Positions 47,501 to 55,841 of a DNA stretch of 64,000 bases are shown in pieces (the first letter of the stretch is position 1; the number at the start of each line of letters is the position of its first letter). Made by a program: the position numbers and the translations under genes. Source of the DNA: Deltaproteobacteria bacterium (lineage in GTDB: Bacteria; Myxococcota_A; Polyangia; Polyangiales; Houyiibacteriaceae). The stretch is taken from the NCBI GenBank assembly GCA_034670305.1, contig JAXMNT010000029.1, positions 31,116 through 95,115 on the forward strand, read 5' to 3'. The notes under the pieces were generated by a model. The model saw nothing but the letters and a program-made list of their open reading frames with translations. It was not told the origin of the DNA and made no database searches.

Positions 47501-47697
47501 GGACCAACTGGTACAACGACGGCAGCAACGACTGGTGGGACGGCACGAGCGGGGCCGCCAACGCCTGGCGCACCGCGAGTCACCCGATGACGGGTGTGGC
47601 CGGACGTCGAAGCGTGCGCATCCGCTTCGTCTTCTCCACCGACTCATCGGGCGTTCGCGACGGGTTCGGCGTGGACGACATCGCCATCACGCCTTGA
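44557..47697 (+). CDS. Large Cys-rich lipoprotein: 5 ExDxDCGG repeats, 3 MAM/immune-inhibitor-A-like beta domains, 2 CARDB-like Ig domains
   Basis: AGGAGG SD; lipobox LVAC; DGG/DTG linker; three FE..GW...AWVTN...WYND...DGF.VDD domains. Confidence 0.8.
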   Translation: MRFGSIGVLVCAFALVACGDDDRAMPDGGDPLDGGGMDGSVDTGMPPVDTGTRDDAPGMDVGDDMDAPPPVDGGTDGGTADTGPSHCSDGVRSGDESDTDCGGVTCDMRCPAGDDCGLSTDCESRVCISGECQPARCTDGIQNGMETGSDCGGPCAGCELGEGCLIMGDCASGVCDGGFCQAAHCFDDVRNADEADVDCGGSACGPCLAGDRCVVPADCASGTCMGGFCLTESCINGTLDTGETDVDCGGPECPGCADGEMCGMDDDCLNDRCEVDTCSSCRDGMLNGTESDVDCGGDDCGGCPGGRACTVGTDCASEECVDMLCTGVPVFYEEDFEGDDGGWTTGGTASSWAWGMPNGPFITGAGEGTRAWVTNLTGDYNTSENSYIESPPINLSGAASDPVLSFAHIFETESCCDEGWVEMSTNGGVTYTKITGSGASNWYNDTSSQWWDGTSGSSGVWRRATTRLLGASRQMDVRLRFYFSSDGSIQNDGFGVDDVIIRSPSPPNLSVTLRPQPETCGQLLATIENIGDMEAATFTIVTDVDGVMSTETVTTPLMGGGSITRNIDAASATTISVRATVALDPDRSNDFASFSGSTVFIPIGPAGYTTDFETDSGWTSAGTNDSWARGRPTGTTINSAVSGEFAWVTNPEGTHNRSEESMLISPCFDTTGSADVQLVFMHNFDTDSSSEGWIEYSINAGMTWTKLNTMGATNWYNDTFNDWWDGSSSGWRMAAAVIPSSGGVRGLRIRHRVSSPSFSTVREGFAVDDVRLVPLQTDLAVSVVPATTCGQGEVRIENVGGNTVDGTTLTVRLDGGAPFMEVIDGPIEFGEVITRIIGLGSTTVEAQITTTGDVVGANDSALVNIGSVPIGAGYAEGFETSAGGWTTDGTNSTWARGMPSGDFIGSAGAGAWAWVTNPAGDYRNSENSTLTSPCLDASALATDPTLSFEHIFETEGCCDEGYVEISTNGGNTWRRLGAMGTGTNWYNDGSNDWWDGTSGAANAWRTASHPMTGVAGRRSVRIRFVFSTDSSGVRDGFGVDDIAITP

Positions 47698-47726
47698 TCT
47701 GACGTGAAGCAGTGACCGGATGAACG

Positions 47727-47760
47727 ACGGCCTCGGGGGACCACCTCGGGGCCGTTTTTC
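47727..47760 (+). terminator. Rho-independent terminator
   Basis: acggcctcgggg...cctcggggccgt stem (two G-U pairs) followed by a T run. Confidence 0.7.
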
Positions 47761-47834
47761 TGTGTGTTGCCAGCGTATTCTTTTGAACGGTCGAGCATTC
47801 GCCCGCATCCACCCATCCGGCTAGGATGGGCGCG

Positions 47835-49772
47835 ATGTTGGCACTTCGATCGAAACAAGGCTCCTCACTCTTTGCTGGGATCTCCCTGCTCCTGTGTGGC
47901 GCGTGTTCCCAGATCGATGCCGCCGGCGCTCGGAGCGACCAGGTCGTCTATGGCGACGACGACCGCACCGACGTGTACGCGCACTCGAGCGCGGTCTGGC
48001 GGCAGCGCGCGATGGAGTCGATCGTGGCGCTGGTCCCGAGCGGCCGCGTGGACGAAACCGATCCGGACAACGTCCTCATCGAAGGGGACACGTTGGCCGT
48101 GGCGCGCAACCTCTGCGAAGGCGAACGCTTCCGCGACCAGCCGACCGGCGCGAACTGTTCGGGCACGCTGATCGATCTCGATCTCGTGCTCACCGCCGGT
48201 CACTGCATCGATGATCTGAGCGACTGCATGAACCAGCGCTTCATCTTCGACTACTTCTACGAAGCCGACGGAGTCCTCGCGACGATCGACGGTGCCGAAG
48301 ACGTGTACGGATGTTCGGAGCTCGTCGCCCGCGTGAACGATGGCGACACCGACTACGCGGTGGTGCGGCTCGATCGGGTGGTGGACCCCTCGCACGTGCC
48401 GGTTGCGGTCCGCATGGACGACACCGCGCTCCCCATGGACACCCCGCTCGTGGTGATCGGATTCGGCAGCGGCCTGCCGATGAAGATCGACGACGGCGGC
48501 CAGGTCACGAGCCCCGATCCCGCGATGCTCCAGTGGTTCGGCGCGAACCTCGACACCTTCGGCGGCAACTCGGGCTCTGGCGTATTCACCGACGACGGCA
48601 CCGTCGTCGGCATCCTCGTGCGGGGCGAACCGGACTACGTGTCGAGCGGCGACTGCCAGATCGTGAGCGACCTGCCGAACCTGCCCGACGACGGCTCCGA
48701 AGAAGAATGCACCTACGTGGGCCGCGCGCTCGAAGGGCTCTGCGCCACCGGCACCTCGACGGTGTTGTGCGGGGGCGGCGGCGGGGCATGCGACGCGTGC
48801 CGTGTGCCCGCGGACTGTTCGGATGGGTTCTCCTGCGTGGACAGCGCGTGCTTGCCCTCGTGCGGCGCGGCGATGTGTCCGGTCGGCTACGACTGTCTGG
48901 ACGACGGCCTCTGTCATCCACCGACCACCTTCGTCTGTGACGGAGTGGACGTCGTGAGCACCCGCTGCGGCCGAGAGACGGGCGTCGTCGAGACCTGCGA
49001 GGACTTCTGTCTGGCCGGTGCGTGCGTCGCGGGACCTCCCGGCGACACCTGCGAAGATGCGATTGAAATCGAGCCGGTGACCCAGACGCTCCGCGGCACG
49101 AACTCGAACCGGCACTCGAGCGCCGGTCGCGGCGACTGCGTCACCGGCGCCGAAGGCGTGGACACGCTCTACACCTTCACCATCGACCGCACCCACACCC
49201 TCAACGCGTACGCCGACGGTTCGGGTGGCCTGGACCCGGTGCTGCACCTGCGGCGCGTCTGCGACGACGAAGACACCGAGCTGGCCTGCGACGACGACGG
49301 CGGCCGCCGGCGAGACGCACAGTTCGACGTGGAACTCGATGCCGGCAGCTACACGATCTTCATGGACAGCTGGGGCGACACCCTCGGCGACTACCAGCTC
49401 GACCTCACGTTCGTGGCGATCGGGCTGCCCGACGCCGGACCGCCCGATGCCGGCCCTGCCGACGCGGGCCCTGCCGATGCTGGACCGCCCATCGTGGACG
49501 CTGGCCGGGATGGAGACGCGCCCGTGCCGCCACTGCTCGACGCAGGACCGGACAGCGGCGGACGCGACGCGGGACCGGCACGGCGAGACGCCGGCATCGA
49601 CGCGGGCCTCGACATGCGCTTCGACGCCGGGTTCGACGCGGGCGATCGGGAGTTCCGGACGGTCGAGTACGCCTGGTGCAACTGCCGTGTGCCCGGACCC
49701 GGCCAGGACGGTCCCTGGCCTGCGCTCACCGCAGGATTCTTGGCACTCGTCGCCCTCCGCCGCCGCACCTGA
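47835..49772 (+). CDS. V8/trypsin-like serine protease with Cys-rich region, PPC-like domain, DAG linker and C-terminal MYXO-CTERM
   Basis: VVYGDDDR, CSGTLI, TAGHC, DYA, DTFGGNSGS; LDPVLHL...LDAGSY; CNCRV...LVALRRRT. Alternative ATG at 47826. Confidence 0.9.
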   Translation: MLALRSKQGSSLFAGISLLLCGACSQIDAAGARSDQVVYGDDDRTDVYAHSSAVWRQRAMESIVALVPSGRVDETDPDNVLIEGDTLAVARNLCEGERFRDQPTGANCSGTLIDLDLVLTAGHCIDDLSDCMNQRFIFDYFYEADGVLATIDGAEDVYGCSELVARVNDGDTDYAVVRLDRVVDPSHVPVAVRMDDTALPMDTPLVVIGFGSGLPMKIDDGGQVTSPDPAMLQWFGANLDTFGGNSGSGVFTDDGTVVGILVRGEPDYVSSGDCQIVSDLPNLPDDGSEEECTYVGRALEGLCATGTSTVLCGGGGGACDACRVPADCSDGFSCVDSACLPSCGAAMCPVGYDCLDDGLCHPPTTFVCDGVDVVSTRCGRETGVVETCEDFCLAGACVAGPPGDTCEDAIEIEPVTQTLRGTNSNRHSSAGRGDCVTGAEGVDTLYTFTIDRTHTLNAYADGSGGLDPVLHLRRVCDDEDTELACDDDGGRRRDAQFDVELDAGSYTIFMDSWGDTLGDYQLDLTFVAIGLPDAGPPDAGPADAGPADAGPPIVDAGRDGDAPVPPLLDAGPDSGGRDAGPARRDAGIDAGLDMRFDAGFDAGDREFRTVEYAWCNCRVPGPGQDGPWPALTAGFLALVALRRRT

Positions 49773-49863
49773 CCCCAGCCACCCCAGATGCCGTTCATTC
49801 CATCAAGTGCAGTGGCGGCGAGCACGTGCAGGAGCCTAGGTGGGGAGCACAGGCGGAAGGCCG

Positions 49864-49948
49864 GAGGGGGAACCTCTCCCCCTCAGAAAAGACGGGCGCG
49901 AACTAGGGTCGCCAGTCTCGCGAAGCGAGCGAGGCCCGTAGCGGCAAG
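49864..49948 (+). repeat. Composite intergenic repeat: G/C hairpin plus long REP-like copy
   Basis: gaggggga-acctc-tccccctc hairpin, then gggtcgccagtctcgcgaagcgagcgaggcccgtagcggcaag. Confidence 0.75.
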
Positions 49949-50002
49949 CAGGGAGAACCCGCGCCGTCTTGCTGCTACGGTGAATTCTGGGAAGAGGGGT
50001 TC

Positions 50003-53000
50003 ATGGGTAGCTTTCAAGGGTCTCGGCGCCGGGTGGTGTCGAGCAAACGCGCGTGGTTCTGGGTGGTTTGTCTCGCGGTGGGGGTCGCTGCGTGCGGCGA
50101 CGACGACCGGGCTGGCAGCGACGCCAGCGTGGATGCGAACGTCGATGGCGGCGGTACAGCCGACGTTCTCATCTTGGACGACGGAGACCTGCCCCGCGAC
50201 ACCTCGGGAGACACCGGCACCGACGCGCCGGTGGACGGTGGCCCGATGCACTGCACCGACGGCGTGCGGAGCGGTGACGAAGCCGACACGGATTGCGGCG
50301 GCCCCACCTGCGTGATGCGCTGCCCCGCGATGGGCAGCTGCTTCTTGAACGGCGACTGCGAGTCGGGCGTGTGCATCGGCGGACGCTGCGAACCGGCCCG
50401 CTGCACCGACGGCATCCAGAACGGCGACGAGACCGGCCGCGACTGCGGCGGACCCTGCGAAGGCTGCGGGCTCGGCGAGGGCTGCCTGGTCATGGACGAC
50501 TGCGCGGTCGGCGTCTGTTCCGGCGGCTTCTGTCAGGACATGCACTGCTTCGACACCGTGGTCAGCGCCGACGAGACCGACGTCGACTGCGGCGGCAACG
50601 ACTGCGCCCCCTGCGGCGGCGGCGCGGGGTGCGACCTGCCCCGCGACTGCGCCTCCATGATGTGCATCGACGCGGTGTGTCTGACCGCCGCTTGCACCAA
50701 CGGAATCATGGACGGCGGCGAGGTCGGCGTCGATTGCGGCGGGCCCGACTGCCGCGCCTGCGAGGACGGCACCTCCTGCACCATGGACGTCGACTGTCTG
50801 TCGCGCCGCTGCGACGTGGATACCTGCACGAGCTGCACCGACGGAGTGCTCAACGGCGACGAAGCCGCGATCGATTGCGGCGGCGACTGCCGCGGGTGTC
50901 CGTCCGGCACCGCGTGCGACGCGCCCGAAGACTGCGCGTCCCGATCGTGCGTCGACGACGTGTGCGAAGCAGGCTCGACGAGCTGCCTCGAGCTGCTTCA
51001 AGCCGACCCCGAACTTCCGAGCGGCGTCTACGAGATCCAGCCGGACCCGGCCGGGGTCGGCTTCGAGGTCTACTGCGACATGGACACCGACGGTGGCGGC
51101 TGGACGCTCGTCGCATCGACCCGCGGCAGTACCCTCAACGACGCGGCGATCCCCTACCACGCGGAGCTCGCGACCCTGAACCCGACCCTCGGCCACGAAG
51201 GTGTGTGGGATGGCATGCGGGACCTGATGCTCGACCGCTCCGACATCCGTTTCGCGTGCAAACGAGACACCGGCGCGGCCATGCAGGTCGACATGTCGTT
51301 CTACGCGAACAACTGGTACGACGTGCTCACCGCGTCGGCCGACGACGCGACGGTGTGCTTCCACCCCGGCTTCGGCGACAACCTCGCGGATCTCACACCC
51401 GCGCGCCGGAACAACCTCACCGGCATGTCGCTCCCGATGGGGGACCCCTGGACCCGGTCCGGCGGCCTCGAAGGCGAAGACGGATGCGCGTCGACCGACG
51501 ACTTCACCATCGACTTCGACGAAGGCGGCATGGACACCACCTCGACGACCGATTGGGGCGAGGACGACAACGTACCGCTCTGTGGCACGACCGCCGCCGG
51601 CGGCGCGTGGTTCGTCTTCATGCGCGAGGCGACCTGCTTCAACGGAGAGCTCGATCCCGGCGAGACCAACATCGACTGCGGCGGCGTCTGTCCCGGCTGC
51701 GCCGATGGCATGGCGTGCATGGACGCGGACGATTGCGCGTCGACGTTCTGTGACGACGACGTCTGCACCTCGTGCAGCGATGGGTTGCTCAACGGCGACG
51801 AGGTCGGTGTCGACTGCGGTGGGCGTTGCCCGGGTTGCCTTGGCGGCACGCCCTGCACCATCGACGAAGACTGCGCGTCGTTCGAGTGCGACGCGCTCGT
51901 CTGCACCGACGCACCCCGCACCTGCGTCGAGATCCTCCAGGCGAACCCCTCGGCCGCGAGCGGCCCGTACACCATCCTCCCGGACCCGGCGCTCGGGCCG
52001 CTCGAGGTCTACTGCGACATGGACACCGACGGCGGTGGTTGGACGCTGGTCGCGAGCACCTCCGTGACCACCCTCAACGACCAGGGCAGCCCCTACTACG
52101 CGGACCTCGCCACGCTCTCGCCGACCGAAGGCCACGAAGGCGTGTTCGAAGGCATGCGCGCGGTCGGGCTGACCAACAGCGACTTCCGGGTCGCGTGCCG
52201 CCGGTCGGGCGCCGGGACGATGGGCGTCGACATGTCGTTCTACGACAACAACTGGTACGACGTGATCACCGCCACCCGCGTCGACTCGAGCAACTGTTTT
52301 CACCCGGGCAGCGGTCTGAACGCCGCCTCGGTGAACCCGGAGCGGCGGAACAACATCTCCGGCGCCTACCTGCCCGCCGGCGATCCCTGGACCCGCGCGC
52401 TCGGACTCGAAGGCGAAGACAGCTGCGGTGACAACGGCGACTTCACGCTCGACTTCGACGAAGGCGGCATGGACACGACCTCGGACACCGACTGGGGCGA
52501 AGACGACTCGTCGGCCCAGTGCGGCGGGTTCGCGTCGGGCGGCACCTGGTACGTGTTCTGGCGCGAAGCGCTGTGCAGCAACGGCGAACTCGATCCGGGC
52601 GAAGTGGCCATCGACTGTGGCGGCGCGTGCCGCGGGTGCCCCGACGGAACGATGTGCACCATCGACGTGGACTGCGCGTCCGACCGCTGCGAGGTCGACA
52701 CGTGCACCTCCTGCGAAGACGGTGTGCGCAATGGCGACGAAGCCGACGTGGACTGCGGCGGCGATTGTGTGGGCTGCCCCGGCGGCACCATCTGCACCGT
52801 GCCGGCGGACTGCGCGTCGCGGGCGTGCACCGGCGGAACCTGCGAACCGGTGGCCGCCACCTGCCGCGCGATCCTACTCAACGATCCCTCCGCGCCCGAC
52901 GGCGTCTACACCATCCAGCCGGACAGCCGCGCGGGGCCCGTCGATGTGTACTGCGACATGACCACCGACGGTGGCGGTTGGACCATGGTCGCCTCGACCG

Positions 53001-54325
53001 CCGGCACGACCCTCAACGATCAAGGGAGCGCCTACTACGACGATCTCGCGACCCTTACCCCGCGCGCTGGACACGAAGGGATCTGGAACGGCATGCGCAG
53101 TGCCACGCTCGGCACCGCGGATGTGCGCTTCAGTTGCCGCGTCGGTGCGGGGACCGGCATGGACGTGGATCTCTCGTTCTACGAAGTGAACTGGTACGAC
53201 GAGTTCACCGCCTCGACGCGCGACGCGGACGTCTGCTTCCACACGATCCGAGACGCGCACACCTCGACTTCGAACCCGCGACGTCGCGACAATGTCGCGG
53301 GCGTCGAACTCTCGGTCGGCACGCCCTTCACCCGCGAAGCCGGCTTCGAAGGGGAGAACAGCTGTACCGACATCAGCGACTTCACGGTCGACTTCGACGC
53401 GGGCGGCATGGACGTCACTTCGCCCACCGACTGGGGCGAGGACGATGGCAGCCGACTCTGTGGTGTGTTCACCACCACCGGCTCCTGGTTCGTCTGGGCC
53501 CGCGAGCAGGTGCCCGACCTGCGGGTCCGGGTGATCCCTGACCCGTCGAACTGCGGCGCCGCGTTCCTCGAGGTCCGCAACGTCGGCGGTTCGAGGTTCG
53601 ACTCCTTCGACCTGACCCTCCGCGTAGACGGCGGCAGCGCGACCACCGAGACGATCAGCATGCCGCTCGAACCGGGCGAAGCGTACACGCGCTCGGTGCC
53701 GGGTTCGGTCTCGGTCGAAGCGAGCATCGCGTCGCCGATGGACGTGGACGCGAGCAACGACATGGACGGCACGATGCTCGCCATCATTCCGCTCGGCACC
53801 GGCTACCTGGAAGGTTTCGAGACGAGCGACGGCGGCTGGTCCGTCGATGGAACGAACGCGAGCTGGGAGCACGGCACCCCAGCCAACATGTTCATTCCGA
53901 TGGCCGCTTCCGGCAGCGCTGCGTGGGTGACCAACCTCGACGGGCCCTACAACCTGAACGAGAACTCCCGGCTGATGTCGCCGTGTTTCGACTTCGGCAG
54001 CGCCGCGGTCGATCCGACCTTGAGCTTTTCGCACATCTACCGAACCGAAGCGTGTTGCGACGAGGGCTACATGGAGATCAGCCTCAACGGCGGCATGACC
54101 TGGTCGCGCCTCGGCGCGGCCGGCACCGGCACGAACTGGTACAACGACGCCCCCAACCAGTGGTGGGATGGTTCGAGTGGCACGGCCGGGTCCTGGCGCA
54201 CCGCATCGCACGTGTTGACCGGCACGGCTGGGCTTCGACAGGTGCGGCTCCGGTACGTGTTCTCGAGCGACGACATCGTCGCGCAAGAGGGCTTCGGCGT
54301 CGACGACATCGTGATCAGCGAGTAG
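50003..54325 (+). CDS. Large Cys-rich lipoprotein with 9 ExDxDCGG repeats, 3 fibrinogen-like YCDxxxxGGGW domains, a CARDB-like domain and a C-terminal MAM-like domain
   Basis: Lipobox VAAC; VYCDMDTDGGGWTLV x2 and VYCDMTTDGGGWTMV; C-terminal domain homologous to those of 44557..47697. Confidence 0.85.
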   Translation: MGSFQGSRRRVVSSKRAWFWVVCLAVGVAACGDDDRAGSDASVDANVDGGGTADVLILDDGDLPRDTSGDTGTDAPVDGGPMHCTDGVRSGDEADTDCGGPTCVMRCPAMGSCFLNGDCESGVCIGGRCEPARCTDGIQNGDETGRDCGGPCEGCGLGEGCLVMDDCAVGVCSGGFCQDMHCFDTVVSADETDVDCGGNDCAPCGGGAGCDLPRDCASMMCIDAVCLTAACTNGIMDGGEVGVDCGGPDCRACEDGTSCTMDVDCLSRRCDVDTCTSCTDGVLNGDEAAIDCGGDCRGCPSGTACDAPEDCASRSCVDDVCEAGSTSCLELLQADPELPSGVYEIQPDPAGVGFEVYCDMDTDGGGWTLVASTRGSTLNDAAIPYHAELATLNPTLGHEGVWDGMRDLMLDRSDIRFACKRDTGAAMQVDMSFYANNWYDVLTASADDATVCFHPGFGDNLADLTPARRNNLTGMSLPMGDPWTRSGGLEGEDGCASTDDFTIDFDEGGMDTTSTTDWGEDDNVPLCGTTAAGGAWFVFMREATCFNGELDPGETNIDCGGVCPGCADGMACMDADDCASTFCDDDVCTSCSDGLLNGDEVGVDCGGRCPGCLGGTPCTIDEDCASFECDALVCTDAPRTCVEILQANPSAASGPYTILPDPALGPLEVYCDMDTDGGGWTLVASTSVTTLNDQGSPYYADLATLSPTEGHEGVFEGMRAVGLTNSDFRVACRRSGAGTMGVDMSFYDNNWYDVITATRVDSSNCFHPGSGLNAASVNPERRNNISGAYLPAGDPWTRALGLEGEDSCGDNGDFTLDFDEGGMDTTSDTDWGEDDSSAQCGGFASGGTWYVFWREALCSNGELDPGEVAIDCGGACRGCPDGTMCTIDVDCASDRCEVDTCTSCEDGVRNGDEADVDCGGDCVGCPGGTICTVPADCASRACTGGTCEPVAATCRAILLNDPSAPDGVYTIQPDSRAGPVDVYCDMTTDGGGWTMVASTAGTTLNDQGSAYYDDLATLTPRAGHEGIWNGMRSATLGTADVRFSCRVGAGTGMDVDLSFYEVNWYDEFTASTRDADVCFHTIRDAHTSTSNPRRRDNVAGVELSVGTPFTREAGFEGENSCTDISDFTVDFDAGGMDVTSPTDWGEDDGSRLCGVFTTTGSWFVWAREQVPDLRVRVIPDPSNCGAAFLEVRNVGGSRFDSFDLTLRVDGGSATTETISMPLEPGEAYTRSVPGSVSVEASIASPMDVDASNDMDGTMLAIIPLGTGYLEGFETSDGGWSVDGTNASWEHGTPANMFIPMAASGSAAWVTNLDGPYNLNENSRLMSPCFDFGSAAVDPTLSFSHIYRTEACCDEGYMEISLNGGMTWSRLGAAGTGTNWYNDAPNQWWDGSSGTAGSWRTASHVLTGTAGLRQVRLRYVFSSDDIVAQEGFGVDDIVISE

Positions 54326-54334
54326 TCTCGCGCC

Positions 54335-55072
54335 ATGTCCACCCTCGCCACCATCCGTGAGCACGGCCTGATCGCCGTGATCGACACGCCGATCCAGGAG
54401 TGCGTGGTGGCCTGGGGCATCGCGGTCTCGAAGGGCGGCATCGAACTGCTCGGCATCCCCGCGTCGCTCGAGAACGTCACCGAAGTCGTCAGCGATCTGG
54501 ACGACGCGAACCTGACCGTCGGTCTCACCAACGTCACCGATCCCGCGCAGGTGTCGATCGCCGTCGCGGCCGGCGGCGAGTTCCTGATCTCGCCGATCAC
54601 GGATCGGGAGATCATCGAGACCGCGAAGAGCCGTGGGCTCATCGTGGTCGCTGGCGCCACGACCCCGACCGAGATCCACACCGCGCTTTCGAGTGGCGCG
54701 GACTTGGTGGCGGTCCACCCCGTCGGCAGCATGAGCGGTGGCGAAAACTACTTTCGGGCGCTGCTTCGCACCTTCCGCGACGCCCCGCTTCTGGTGTCTG
54801 GCGGCATCGACGTCGAGAACGCGCCTGCGTTTCTCGAGCTCGGCGCAGCTGGCGCGATCGTCGACACGGGCGTGTTCCCTTCGTCCAACGAAGCATCCGC
54901 CACCGACGTGATCACGATGCGCGCGGTGGCGCTGGTCGAAGTCTGCGCCGATGCGATGGGCATCACGAAGCGCGCTTCGTTCAGCGAAATCCGTGCGAGC
55001 TCGATGCCGCCCGCCGGCCGCCTCACGATGGATCTTGTCGACGACGATTTCGAGGTCGTCGAGCCGAGCTAG
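54335..55072 (+). CDS. KDPG/KHG aldolase (Eda)-fold protein lacking the Schiff-base Lys
   Basis: GGIE, AGGEFLISP, GATTPTEI, GGIDVENA...GA; ADLVAVHP in place of ADxVKxFP. Confidence 0.8.
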   Translation: MSTLATIREHGLIAVIDTPIQECVVAWGIAVSKGGIELLGIPASLENVTEVVSDLDDANLTVGLTNVTDPAQVSIAVAAGGEFLISPITDREIIETAKSRGLIVVAGATTPTEIHTALSSGADLVAVHPVGSMSGGENYFRALLRTFRDAPLLVSGGIDVENAPAFLELGAAGAIVDTGVFPSSNEASATDVITMRAVALVEVCADAMGITKRASFSEIRASSMPPAGRLTMDLVDDDFEVVEPS

Positions 55073-55075
55073 CAC

Positions 55076-55831
55076 TTGGACCTCGAGCCCTGGTCGCTCG
55101 TGGTGATGATCGTCGCGGGTGTGATCGCGGGCTTCGTGAACACGTTCGCAGGCGGCGGTTCGCTGCTGACGTTGCCCGCGTTGATGCTCGCGGGGCTTCC
55201 TGCCGACGTGGCGAACGGCACCAACCGGGTCTGCATCGTCGCGCAGTCGGCGAGCGGGGTGCTCGGGTTCAAGGCCAAGGGCAAGCTGCCGAACCCGGTG
55301 GGGCTCGTGCTCCCGACCTTTGCCGGCGCGCTCGTCGGAGCGTGGCTCGCCGCCGCGGTGTTGCCGCGCAGCTGGGCGAAGCCGGTGCTGCTCACGCTGA
55401 TGATCACCATGGCGCTCGTGATGGTGTTCAAGCCGAAGGCGATCGCTCGGCCGGACAGCGACCCGGTCCGCGTGCGCGACAGCGCTTGGGCCGCGCTTGG
55501 ACTCTTCGGCGCGGGTCTGTACGGCGGCTTCGTCCAGGCCGGGGTGGGGTTCGCGCTCCTCGCCGTCCTCGGCGGGCTGCTCCGCTACGATCTGGTCCGC
55601 GCGAACGCGTTGAAGCTCGTCTGCACGCTGGTCTTTGGCGTCGTGGCGCTCGCCGTGTTCGCCTACCACGACCAGGTGCGGTGGGGCGTCGGCACCATCG
55701 TTGCGGTGGCCACGGTGGTGGGCTCGCTGCTCGGCGTGAGGTTCGCCTCGAGCGTCAAACCAGCCACTTTGCGGGTGGCCCTGGCGGTGATGGTGGTCGG
55801 CGCCTGCGCCGCGGCGCTGTTTCGGTCATGA
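55076..55831 (+). CDS. TauE/SafE (TSUP) family membrane transporter
   Basis: AGFVNTFAGGGSL, ANGTNR, GLYGGFVQAGVG, ANALK; TTG start. Confidence 0.92.
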   Translation: MDLEPWSLVVMIVAGVIAGFVNTFAGGGSLLTLPALMLAGLPADVANGTNRVCIVAQSASGVLGFKAKGKLPNPVGLVLPTFAGALVGAWLAAAVLPRSWAKPVLLTLMITMALVMVFKPKAIARPDSDPVRVRDSAWAALGLFGAGLYGGFVQAGVGFALLAVLGGLLRYDLVRANALKLVCTLVFGVVALAVFAYHDQVRWGVGTIVAVATVVGSLLGVRFASSVKPATLRVALAVMVVGACAAALFRS

Positions 55832-55841
55832 TGTTCTCGAG

